Source of the DNA: an uncultured Defluviitaleaceae bacterium
GTDB lineage: Bacteria; Bacillota; Clostridia; Lachnospirales; CAYPQA01
NCBI GenBank assembly: GCA_964611385.1
Contig: CAZSXS010000006.1
Coordinates: 26-64,025 of the forward strand
Length of the DNA: 64,000 nt
Direction of reading: 5' to 3'
The notes under the pieces are model-generated. The model did no database searches. It was not told the DNA's origin and saw nothing but the letters and a program-made list of their open reading frames with translations. Within the stretch, counting starts at the first letter, position 1, and each line of letters opens with the position of its first letter. Of this stretch, positions 36,568 to 44,888 are shown one piece after another. The position numbers and the translations under genes are program-made.

Positions 36568-39500
36568 TTATAAATAGTTCTGATAAAACAAATAACTATC
36601 CCCTTGTTTTGAAAACCCAGCCTTTACTAAAGCCTCTTCCGCTGCTTCGGGGTATTGCTTGAGTGCTAGCCGCTTTACGCTGGAAAATAACCGCCTTTGG
36701 TTGTACTCGGAAACAAAGACACGGAGGGCTTCCTCCAGATACCGGTCGTCAAAGGAGCGTAATACTTGCCCCTTCTGCTCAAAGAGTGCCACCACGACGC
36801 CTGCTTTCAAGGCCACCACTGTTCCTGGTAAGCGGGTGAAGTTACTGCCGCTTAGGTGTGTCAGCTTTTTGCCCCAGAGTTGAGCCGGGTCTGCCGCTGA
36901 TAACCAAACAAGCTCGTTCCGGGGTTGCTCCAGCTTCAACTGAACGGAAGCAAAGTCGCTGTCTCGAATGAATTGCGCCCCTGATAACCCCTCTATAAAA
37001 TACCCACGTCGTACTCGCCCGGTAAATTCCCAAGTTCGTAGGGTCTCCAAGGCCTCACCCCAAGCTAAGCACTGTATAGTCTCTCGGCATAGAATCACAG
37101 CTTGGTCAAATTCTCTCTCCAAAGCCTCTTCGACGGGAAGTGCCTGTAAGGGACGGGCGCTTTCCCAGCGTCCGCCGGTTAGGGTTTTGCTGCGGGCCTT
37201 GACACGATGCTTGACTGTGCTGCTTTGAATTTTGTCCTGCTCCAACAGATACCGAACAGGGGCAAAGCTGTCGGCATGGACTAGCCCCTTTTCCGCTAAG
37301 GATAATAAGATACCATTCAGATCCGTTCCTACAGGCAACCCGAAGTTTCCATGCAAAAAGCTTGCACCCCGCTTGGTCAATGCTTCGTATACGATGCGTT
37401 CACACGCCTCCAGTTGCTCAACCCGTTCAGATAGGTCTGCATCCCAGTCCAGGTCTTCATAGCGATGAAAGCTCAGCTGCGTGTTTTGCAACTGCCAGAA
37501 AAATTCGCCCTGGGAAAGCAAGCTGTCCAGTAGAGCCGGGCGATAGGCGTTCACCCTAGCAGGCAGGAGGACTTCCTCCCAGAGCCGGAGCGGATGAGCC
37601 TGGTTGCAGAGTTCTTTCAGGGCTGCCGCCAGCTGTTCGCTGGGTGGGGCGGCTGTGCGGATTCGTCCGGCTATAAGAGCAGCGTAACGCTCTGGGGGCA
37701 GGGTTTTGATTTGATTTCGGCGTGCTTTTACTGTTTCCCGCCTTGCCCTGTCATATAGCTCCGCATGGTAGTATAATTCACCGTCCAAGACAAGGGAGCG
37801 CTTTTCACAGAGGGCTGTCAAAACAGACTGGGCTTCCTCTTCCGTCCAAAAATATCGCTCCGCAAGCATTTCAGGCGTGTGGGCACCCCGATAGCGGATC
37901 AAGCGCCGGAGAACATGCGCTCGGGCTTCAGCACCGTTTTGTACTAGAGCGGCTTCGTATTCCTCTAAATGTTCGGCTGCGATCCAAAGACCCGGCTCAA
38001 TGTAGGCTGCTCGTCCTTGCTTCACTAGGCTGTTCAGCCAGTCCACAGGTACATCCAATTCTCCAGAGATCAAGTCGCCCTCCATCATCAGCAACGAATG
38101 CAGCTGAGCCGGATTTTCGGGGTTACGAGACCGCTCGGAAAGCTTTTGCAGTTGCTCGGGTGCCGGAGCAATCAACTCCGCGTCCATCCCCATCTGAGAA
38201 AGCTCAGCTTCCCCCGCCCGTCTGATGCCAGAGGTGCTGGTATTGTAATCATACATAAAAGAAGCCTCTACTTGCCGCCGGAAGGGTAAGGACATGGGTG
38301 AGGGTTCCTCCAGAAAGACCTCACGGATTTTGATAGCACCAGAGCGGATCCCCTTTAATACAGTTTCCAGACCTTTTAAATCCCAGTAGTCCTCCAGGCA
38401 CTCCCGCTTTGTTTCTCGTATCAAAGGGTGATTCTTATAGTGCAGGATGGAATCCAAAAGCTCCGCACTGCGAATCCGCTGCACCCAAAGCGGCTGACGC
38501 TTTCCCCTGTTCATGCCCAGCATCAGGGCTCGGAAGGCATTGTAGCGAAAGGCCATATTAAATAAGGGGGTGCTCGTTAAGAGCGCTTCCAGCAAGCTTT
38601 GCGCCGTTTCAGGTAATAGGTCTTGCAGCAGACCTTCGGGGAGGGGCTTTTCGCAGTAGGTCAGCAAGAGAAAGCCGTCCTCGTCATCATAGGCATTGAT
38701 ATCCACACCCAAGATACGTCCGGCAGCCTCCTTCGCCAAAAGAGACAAAGGTGCGTTCACCTTTCGCCCAAACATCGCATGAACCATCATTTGACGGTCG
38801 CCCAGTTCGTCGATAAAGTGCTCCACAACAATTGTTTGATCGTCAGGCAAGATGCCAGTAGCTTCCACTTGCTGCTCCAGAAATACCTTTGCGCTTTTGG
38901 CCGCCTGTTCATCCAGACCAAAGCGCTGTAAGGCCCCATCCAGACCGTCTTGACTCATGGCCTCGGACAGCTCCCGCATAGCCCTCCCAAAGGCAAGGCC
39001 TGTTTCTAAAGCACGCCCTTGCCGCTCCCCCTTCCAAAAAGGCGGCGTGGCTCCGGCCGTGCTTGTCTGGCTAACATAAACCGTATCCTTGTTGACAGAC
39101 TGAATCTGCCAAGCAAAGGAACCCAATAAGAATTTCTCGCCCTTGCCCCGCTCAAAGACAAATTCCTCATCCAGCTCTCCCAGTTTGACGCCATTTTCTA
39201 GCCTAACCGTATACAAACCCCGATCGGGAATGGCACCGCTGTTGGAAAGAGCCAGCATCCGGCTATAAGCATCCCCTTCCACCCGCTCATGTATCCGATC
39301 GTATAGAATTCGAGGCCGAACAGGAAGATCCCGTGCATGTTCAAAGTCCCCCGCCAGCATAGACAGTACCGAGCAAAGCTCTTCCTTAGTAACAAGGCGG
39401 AAGGGATAGGCGCGCAAAAGCAGCTCCATCAACTCCTGGACAGAATAACCCTCTCCAGTAGCCATGGAGACCAAATGTTGAGCCAAGACATCCAAGCAAA

Positions 39501-40791
39501 GCTTAGGGGGCTTGGTCTGTTCAATGCCGCCAGCTTTTACAATTTTCGCCGTAATACCGCAATACAGCCCTTCAGAAGCTGTTCGGGGAAAGAGGTACAT
39601 GACACTCTCCCGCCCGGGATTGTGGCCGGAACGCCCCAGCCTTTGCAGAGCACCCGAAATAGACATAGGACAGCCCACCTGCAAAACCAGGTCGATTTCC
39701 CCCACGTCTATCCCTAACTCCATAGAAGAAGTCGCGCAAAGCAAGCGGATTCTTCCGTCCCGCAAGGCCTTTTCCACCTCCAGGCGCTGTTCCTTGGACA
39801 GACTGCCGTGATGTGTTCGAGCAAAGCCCTCCCCACCCAGCTCATTGACATAGTGGGCCAATTTTTCAATGCAGCGCCGCCCTTCACCAAAGGCCAGAAC
39901 GCTGCGAGCCTTGTGACAATATTCGTAGACCTTCCGTGCCAGATCTGGCCAAATACTCCCTTCGGGCAGAACCCCGTTTTCGGGAAAGGAGCTGATCACC
40001 TCCAGCCGGATGTTTTTCCGCATCTTGGGCGCAACCACCTGAGTGGGCTCTTTCTCCGAATCGGGCGACAAATAATCCGCCGCAAGGCTTAAGGGTTCAA
40101 TGGTAGCCGACAGGCCGATACGCTGGAGGGGTTTTTCGCACAGCTTGTCCAAGCGGGCAAGGGAAAGCATTAGGTGCGCGCCCCGCTTGGTGTCAATGAG
40201 CGCATGTAATTCGTCTATGATCACAACCTTCGCCGTCCGCAAAATGGACTGACCGGATACACTGGTCAGCATTAGGTATAAAGATTCCGGGGTAGTAATG
40301 AGAATGTGAGGCGGCCTTTTGATCATCTTGCGCCGCTCTGCCGCTGTGGTGTCGCCCGTACGGATGGCGACTTGGATTTCAAAGGGCGAGGAGGGGTGAG
40401 CTTGCTTGTGATCAAGGGCTTGCGTTAGATCAGTGTTCCGAACAAGTTCAGGGCCTTGCTCCTGCTCCATGGCGTAAATACCATACAGAGGGCGACTTAA
40501 ATTTTCTCGAATATCACCCGCTAAAGATTTCAGCGGCGAGATATAGATGAGTTGAAGTTCTTGTTTCAAGCTTCCCGCCCGTGCCTGCTCTTTCAGCCGG
40601 TCGATAAACACCAAGAAAGCCGAAAGGGTCTTACCGGTTCCAGTCGGGGCGGAGACTAGGGTGTGACTGCCAGAGGCAATGGCTGGCCAAGCCTCCATCT
40701 GCACAGGCGTAGGCTCACCCAGTGTGTTCGAAAACCAGTGCTCGGTAGGGGGACTGAAAAGCTTTAAGCTTTGAATAGACATACTTATCAC
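36568..40791 (-). CDS. lhr: Lhr-family ATP-dependent DEAD/DEAH-box helicase (1407 aa)
   Basis: Motif I APTGTGKTL, DELH, helicase C (ATSSMELGIDVG, QRLGRSGH) and a long Lhr-type C-terminal region. Confidence 0.85.
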   Translation of the reverse strand: MISMSIQSLKLFSPPTEHWFSNTLGEPTPVQMEAWPAIASGSHTLVSAPTGTGKTLSAFLVFIDRLKEQARAGSLKQELQLIYISPLKSLAGDIRENLSRPLYGIYAMEQEQGPELVRNTDLTQALDHKQAHPSSPFEIQVAIRTGDTTAAERRKMIKRPPHILITTPESLYLMLTSVSGQSILRTAKVVIIDELHALIDTKRGAHLMLSLARLDKLCEKPLQRIGLSATIEPLSLAADYLSPDSEKEPTQVVAPKMRKNIRLEVISSFPENGVLPEGSIWPDLARKVYEYCHKARSVLAFGEGRRCIEKLAHYVNELGGEGFARTHHGSLSKEQRLEVEKALRDGRIRLLCATSSMELGIDVGEIDLVLQVGCPMSISGALQRLGRSGHNPGRESVMYLFPRTASEGLYCGITAKIVKAGGIEQTKPPKLCLDVLAQHLVSMATGEGYSVQELMELLLRAYPFRLVTKEELCSVLSMLAGDFEHARDLPVRPRILYDRIHERVEGDAYSRMLALSNSGAIPDRGLYTVRLENGVKLGELDEEFVFERGKGEKFLLGSFAWQIQSVNKDTVYVSQTSTAGATPPFWKGERQGRALETGLAFGRAMRELSEAMSQDGLDGALQRFGLDEQAAKSAKVFLEQQVEATGILPDDQTIVVEHFIDELGDRQMMVHAMFGRKVNAPLSLLAKEAAGRILGVDINAYDDEDGFLLLTYCEKPLPEGLLQDLLPETAQSLLEALLTSTPLFNMAFRYNAFRALMLGMNRGKRQPLWVQRIRSAELLDSILHYKNHPLIRETKRECLEDYWDLKGLETVLKGIRSGAIKIREVFLEEPSPMSLPFRRQVEASFMYDYNTSTSGIRRAGEAELSQMGMDAELIAPAPEQLQKLSERSRNPENPAQLHSLLMMEGDLISGELDVPVDWLNSLVKQGRAAYIEPGLWIAAEHLEEYEAALVQNGAEARAHVLRRLIRYRGAHTPEMLAERYFWTEEEAQSVLTALCEKRSLVLDGELYYHAELYDRARRETVKARRNQIKTLPPERYAALIAGRIRTAAPPSEQLAAALKELCNQAHPLRLWEEVLLPARVNAYRPALLDSLLSQGEFFWQLQNTQLSFHRYEDLDWDADLSERVEQLEACERIVYEALTKRGASFLHGNFGLPVGTDLNGILLSLAEKGLVHADSFAPVRYLLEQDKIQSSTVKHRVKARSKTLTGGRWESARPLQALPVEEALEREFDQAVILCRETIQCLAWGEALETLRTWEFTGRVRRGYFIEGLSGAQFIRDSDFASVQLKLEQPRNELVWLSAADPAQLWGKKLTHLSGSNFTRLPGTVVALKAGVVVALFEQKGQVLRSFDDRYLEEALRVFVSEYNQRRLFSSVKRLALKQYPEAAEEALVKAGFSKQGDSYLFYQNYL

Positions 40792-41125
40792 CAGTGGTTA
40801 TTTTTTAGTAGAGCAATAACTTGCACATCAGCCGGGCAAAAAGGATACAGATCCAAATCCTCATGTAGCACCCAGCGAAAAAAAAGGCGATACCCCTTCG
40901 AAAAATGGTATAATTGTTCTACCAAAGGGGCTATCCTAAAAACGAGGAGATTATCGCATGAGTAGTGTATCAAAAAATGAAAAAGTTTAAAAGGGTTATG
41001 AAGAAATTCAGTGCAAAATCAATTTCAAGGCAAAAAGTACACAATAGAATTTTGAAAATTAATAAAGTTATAATATAGTAACCACTAAAAAATTAAATTC
41101 TAAGAATTATCATAATTAACTCCAA

Positions 41126-41155
41126 TTGCCTTAATGATTGTAAACATGGTATAAT
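41126..41155 (+). promoter_or_regulatory. Candidate sigma-A promoter of the chemoreceptor gene
   Basis: TTGCCT, an 18-nt spacer, then an extended -10 TGGTATAAT. Confidence 0.45.
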
Positions 41156-41243
41156 ATCACAAAAGTAAAAATACCCCTTGCACAAGTTAATAATAAGCAG
41201 ATTTTCAATTAAAAGAGATAATAATTTTAGGAGGATATATTTT

Positions 41244-43781
41244 ATGAAAAAAACACTTAGTGGAAAAATAATTAAATGGGTAATGCTTTCAGTTTTTTTG
41301 CTTGTGTCGATAATCTTGTTTTTCAATTCATTTATTTTAAAAAGAACAATAGAAAGATTATCCGAGGAACAGCTAGATATACTGTCTAGTCTTAATGCAC
41401 AGGTCACAGATGGTTATTTAAACGGGCTGTTTGACATAACCAAGACTGTAGCAAGTCAGCTTGAAACTGTTCACCCCTATGCAAGAGGCAGTGCAAGTAA
41501 AGCATTTGTTAGCTCTTTTTTAAAATTAAACGATAAAGTACAAGGGGTTTACGTAGAATGGATAAAAGATGAAGCATATGGTGGGCTTAAATCGACTGAT
41601 GAACTGGCTAAGGCATATGGTATTCCCGAAGAGTATGAAGGCTACCAAGAAATATATGCCTTTCGTGAAAATGGAACTATTTCTGAAACGATCGTTTGTG
41701 AACCGGATTTTACTGAGGCCAGTTATTTTATGGAAGCACAGCAAAGAAATGAACCCTACATAAAATCTCCTTATTTTGACACATATGTAGGTGATGTTGT
41801 TGTTTCAGCTATAGCCCCAATAAAAGACAGCAACGGAAAATTTTTGGGGTGTGTTGGCATAGACATAAACAGTAGTATTTTATCTCAAATGAAATTTGAA
41901 AACGGATATTTTGATACAAGCTACAGCTACTTGGTTTCAGATAACGGAATGATAATAACGCATAGTAAAGAGAATAGTTTATTTGGTAAAGATGTATCTA
42001 CTTTAGGCGTTCAAGAGGATGCAATTGTTGTGGAGCATGATGTTAAACTTAGTGGCATAGATGATGTATGGAAATCGATCAGTGCAGTCAAAAAATCTGA
42101 AATTTCAAGCAATGTTGGTAAAGCAGTTACAGTTGTTAATATGTTCAGTATACCGTTTCAGTTAATACTTGCATTTATTTTATACCGAATATTAAGAAGA
42201 TATTTAAAACCTATAGGAAACATTGCCAATAATGTTGAGCGGCTTTCTCTTGGTGATTTAAGTGCGGACCTATCCTTTAAAAGCAACGATGAACTAGGAC
42301 TGCTATCCAATTCCTTTAACAAACTTAAAAATATGATACAGTTGCTAACCACAAGGATAGAAGATGTGATGATTCAAATTCGCAACGGTGATATAGAAGC
42401 AAGAATACCTGACGGAGAATTTGATGGTGATTATAAAACCACGGTTAATTCGATCAATCATCTTTCTACAGAACTTATTGAAGATACGCTAACTGTTATG
42501 AATGCTTTTAGTGAACTGAGCAGTGGAAACTTTTCATATGAGCTTGAAAAATTTCCAGGCAAGAAGGCTGTACTTAATGAAATATTTGATAGTCTTAAAA
42601 AGAATCTTTACTCAATTAATAATGATATTACGGTTTTAATAGCCTCGGCCACAAGCGGGGATTTGGCAAAAAGAATAGAAGCAAACAAATATTCGGGTGA
42701 TTGGCAAAAGCTAACAGAAGGCCTTAATCGCTTATTAGAGGCTGTAGATCGCCCTATTCAGGAATCAAAGGAGATACTAGCTGAACTTTCTCATGGAAAC
42801 TTTACTGTTTCTGTAAGCAGTAATTACAGTGGCAGCTTTGCTGATATGATGAACTCCTTTAATCAAATGATAGAATCAACAAAATCATATATCAGTGAAA
42901 TTTCAACTATACTTAAAAGTGTAGCAATAGGAGATTTAAGCTGTGAAATAAAAAGAGAATATGAAGGTCAATTCAGTATCATTAAGGAGTCTATCAATCA
43001 AATTGCCATTATTTTAAGAAATACTGTAATAGGAATTCAATCATCAGCTGATAGCGTACTGATGGGAGCAGGGCAAGTATCAACTTCATCAATGAATCTC
43101 TCTAATGGGGCAAATGAGCAAGCAAGCTTTGTTGAAGAACTAAATGCTTCTATTTCGCAAGTCAATGAGCAAATTCAAGTAACCTCTAGTAAGTCTAAAA
43201 AAGCAAATGAATATTCGCAGAACGCAATGGAAAATGCAAAAATATGTAACAAAGAAATGCTGCTTATGCTTTCATCAATGAACGACATAAAAACTGCTTC
43301 CAACAACACTTCGAAAATCATAAAGGATATTGAAGATATAGCCTTCCAAACAAATTTATTAGCTTTAAATGCTGCTGTGGAGGCAGCAAGAGCTGGAGAA
43401 CATGGTAAAGGATTTTCGGTTGTAGCTGAAGAAGTGCGTTCTCTTTCGTCTAGAAGTTCTATAGCAGCAAAGAATACGACAAACCTTATAGAAGAAACGA
43501 TATTAAAAGTAAACCAAGGTATGAAGATTGCACAAGAAACTGCTGATTCTCTAAAAAGGATTGTTTTAGATACGGATAGTGTCTCAAAAATAATCATAGA
43601 TATTAATACAGCCATGACAGGGCAAACGGAAGTCATCTCACAAATTAATACAGGGATCAATCAAATATCAGAAATCGTACAAACGAATTCAGCTGTTGCG
43701 GAAGAATCTGCTGCAGCTGCGGAGGAGTTAAACAGTCAATCTGACCTGCTCGCACATATGGTTGCTAAATTTAAGGTTTAA
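41244..43781 (+). CDS. Methyl-accepting chemotaxis protein (Cache-like sensor, several HAMP-like repeats, MA domain)
   Basis: ATG at 41244 after AGGAGGA. Two TM segments flank a periplasmic domain. The signalling domain contains IAFQTNLLALNAAVEAARAGEHGKGFSVVAEEVRSL. Confidence 0.88.
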   Translation: MKKTLSGKIIKWVMLSVFLLVSIILFFNSFILKRTIERLSEEQLDILSSLNAQVTDGYLNGLFDITKTVASQLETVHPYARGSASKAFVSSFLKLNDKVQGVYVEWIKDEAYGGLKSTDELAKAYGIPEEYEGYQEIYAFRENGTISETIVCEPDFTEASYFMEAQQRNEPYIKSPYFDTYVGDVVVSAIAPIKDSNGKFLGCVGIDINSSILSQMKFENGYFDTSYSYLVSDNGMIITHSKENSLFGKDVSTLGVQEDAIVVEHDVKLSGIDDVWKSISAVKKSEISSNVGKAVTVVNMFSIPFQLILAFILYRILRRYLKPIGNIANNVERLSLGDLSADLSFKSNDELGLLSNSFNKLKNMIQLLTTRIEDVMIQIRNGDIEARIPDGEFDGDYKTTVNSINHLSTELIEDTLTVMNAFSELSSGNFSYELEKFPGKKAVLNEIFDSLKKNLYSINNDITVLIASATSGDLAKRIEANKYSGDWQKLTEGLNRLLEAVDRPIQESKEILAELSHGNFTVSVSSNYSGSFADMMNSFNQMIESTKSYISEISTILKSVAIGDLSCEIKREYEGQFSIIKESINQIAIILRNTVIGIQSSADSVLMGAGQVSTSSMNLSNGANEQASFVEELNASISQVNEQIQVTSSKSKKANEYSQNAMENAKICNKEMLLMLSSMNDIKTASNNTSKIIKDIEDIAFQTNLLALNAAVEAARAGEHGKGFSVVAEEVRSLSSRSSIAAKNTTNLIEETILKVNQGMKIAQETADSLKRIVLDTDSVSKIIIDINTAMTGQTEVISQINTGINQISEIVQTNSAVAEESAAAAEELNSQSDLLAHMVAKFKV

Positions 43782-43869
43782 CAATCAAGTTGGAGGCTAC
43801 CTATTGGTTGCTAGCCAACGCACACCCCCATGCATACTGTTCAGGCGGCGCAGACCGTTCAATATCAAT

Positions 43870-43909
43870 AAAAACAGCCTATCAGAATCCCATCTGATGG
43901 GCTGTTTTT
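43870..43909 (+). terminator. Terminator after the chemoreceptor gene
   Basis: ACAGCCTATCAGA / TCTGATGGGCTGT stem followed by a T-run. Confidence 0.8.
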
Positions 43910-44034
43910 ATTTTCGCTTATAATTATGTCCCCATTAAAATGCTCCTTGCTAATCTGCAGGCAAGGAGGATTCATTATCTTGAAACCGATAAGCTTGCGA
44001 ACTCAAGTTTTATAGGCAAAATCATAAAATTTTT

Positions 44035-44063
44035 TTGACAGATTTTAGTTATAATGATATACT
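44035..44063 (+). promoter_or_regulatory. Candidate sigma-A promoter of dcd
   Basis: TTGACA, a 17-nt spacer, then TATACT. Confidence 0.5.
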
Positions 44064-44097
44064 TCATGAAATTAACTACCGAATTTTTCAGAGATTC

Positions 44098-44201
44098 TAT
44101 ACTCAGTCTCTAAAACATTTTTAAGCCGCCACCTTCATTCAGCCTTGATCAATTCTATTGTTTGTGTGGCGGCTTTGCTTAGCGAAACGGTACTGAGTAT
44201 A
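44098..44201 (+). repeat. Dispersed ~100-nt nested-hairpin repeat, copy 1 (dcd 5' leader)
   Basis: Termini TATACTCAGT / ACTGAGTATA, inner helix AAGCCGCCAC / GTGGCGGCTT and conserved ATTCTATTGTTTGTGTGGCGGCTTTGC. Confidence 0.85.
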
Positions 44202-44221
44202 AGCAATTTAAGGAGCAGTTT

Positions 44222-44740
44222 ATGTTACTTTCCGGATTGGAAATCAAAAGGAAGCTTGGCACCGACATCATTATAGAACCCTATTCGGATAAGCTTCTTA
44301 ACCCGAATAGCTACAACCTACGGCTTCATAATGAGCTTTTGGTTTATGATGAAGCCTACCTTGATATGAAACGACCCAACAAGACCAACTTGGTCACGAT
44401 ACCCGAGGACGGCTTGCTTTTGTCACCAGGCAAGCTTTATCTTGGGCGCACTGTTGAGTATACGGAAACATTCAATTATGTTCCCATGCTGGAGGGACGC
44501 TCTTCCATCGGACGCTTGGGGCTTTTTATCCATGTGACGGCTGGTTTTGGAGATGTGGGCTTTAAGGGTTTTTGGACACTGGAGATCCATTGCATTGAGC
44601 CTATCAAAATTTATCCCTATGTGGAAATTTGTCAAATTTATTATCATACTTTGACTGGTGAGTATATAAATTATAATTCCGGTAAATACCAAAACAATAA
44701 TGGTATTCAGCCCAGCCTTTTATACAAGGATTTTTTATAA
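44222..44740 (+). CDS. dcd: dCTP deaminase
   Basis: Canonical Dcd/dUTPase-fold sequence (NSYNLRL, LEGRSSIGRLG, FWTLEI). Confidence 0.9.
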   Translation: MLLSGLEIKRKLGTDIIIEPYSDKLLNPNSYNLRLHNELLVYDEAYLDMKRPNKTNLVTIPEDGLLLSPGKLYLGRTVEYTETFNYVPMLEGRSSIGRLGLFIHVTAGFGDVGFKGFWTLEIHCIEPIKIYPYVEICQIYYHTLTGEYINYNSGKYQNNNGIQPSLLYKDFL

Positions 44741-44851
44741 GCTCAGTCACGCTCAGCTTTGCAAAGCCGCAACGCAAAACAATGGATTGATCCTGTTTGT
44801 ATGATGGCGGCTTGGTTATTGTATTGGCAACTATTTAAGAGACTGAGTATC
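44741..44851 (-). repeat. Dispersed ~100-nt repeat, copy 2 (inverted relative to copy 1)
   Basis: The reverse complement reads GATACTCAGTCTC...CCAAGCCGCC...ATTGTTTTGCGTTGCGGCTTTGCAAAGCTGAGCGTGACTGAGC. Confidence 0.85.
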
Positions 44852-44888
44852 ATCACTATGGGTTGATTGGAGGTTTGAATCAAAGAAA

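Noticed and set aside
36659-40092. Many 60-170-aa ORFs on the plus strand opposite lhr
   Set aside because: They are shadow ORFs typical of a GC-rich gene (Arg/Pro/Ser-rich translations, no RBSs). The same applies to the antisense ORFs within valS, folC, leuA, the GH2 gene, the sialidase and the M60-like gene.
40977-41078. 33-codon highly basic ORF (MKKFKRVMKKFSAKSISRQKVHNRILKINKVII) in the lhr-MCP spacer
   Set aside because: There is no Shine-Dalgarno sequence. The composition simply reflects A-rich DNA, and there is nothing to support translation.
41093-41407. 104-aa minus-strand ORF overlapping the MCP start
   Set aside because: It is a low-complexity AT-rich translation with no RBS, and it overlaps a well-supported promoter, RBS and start on the other strand.
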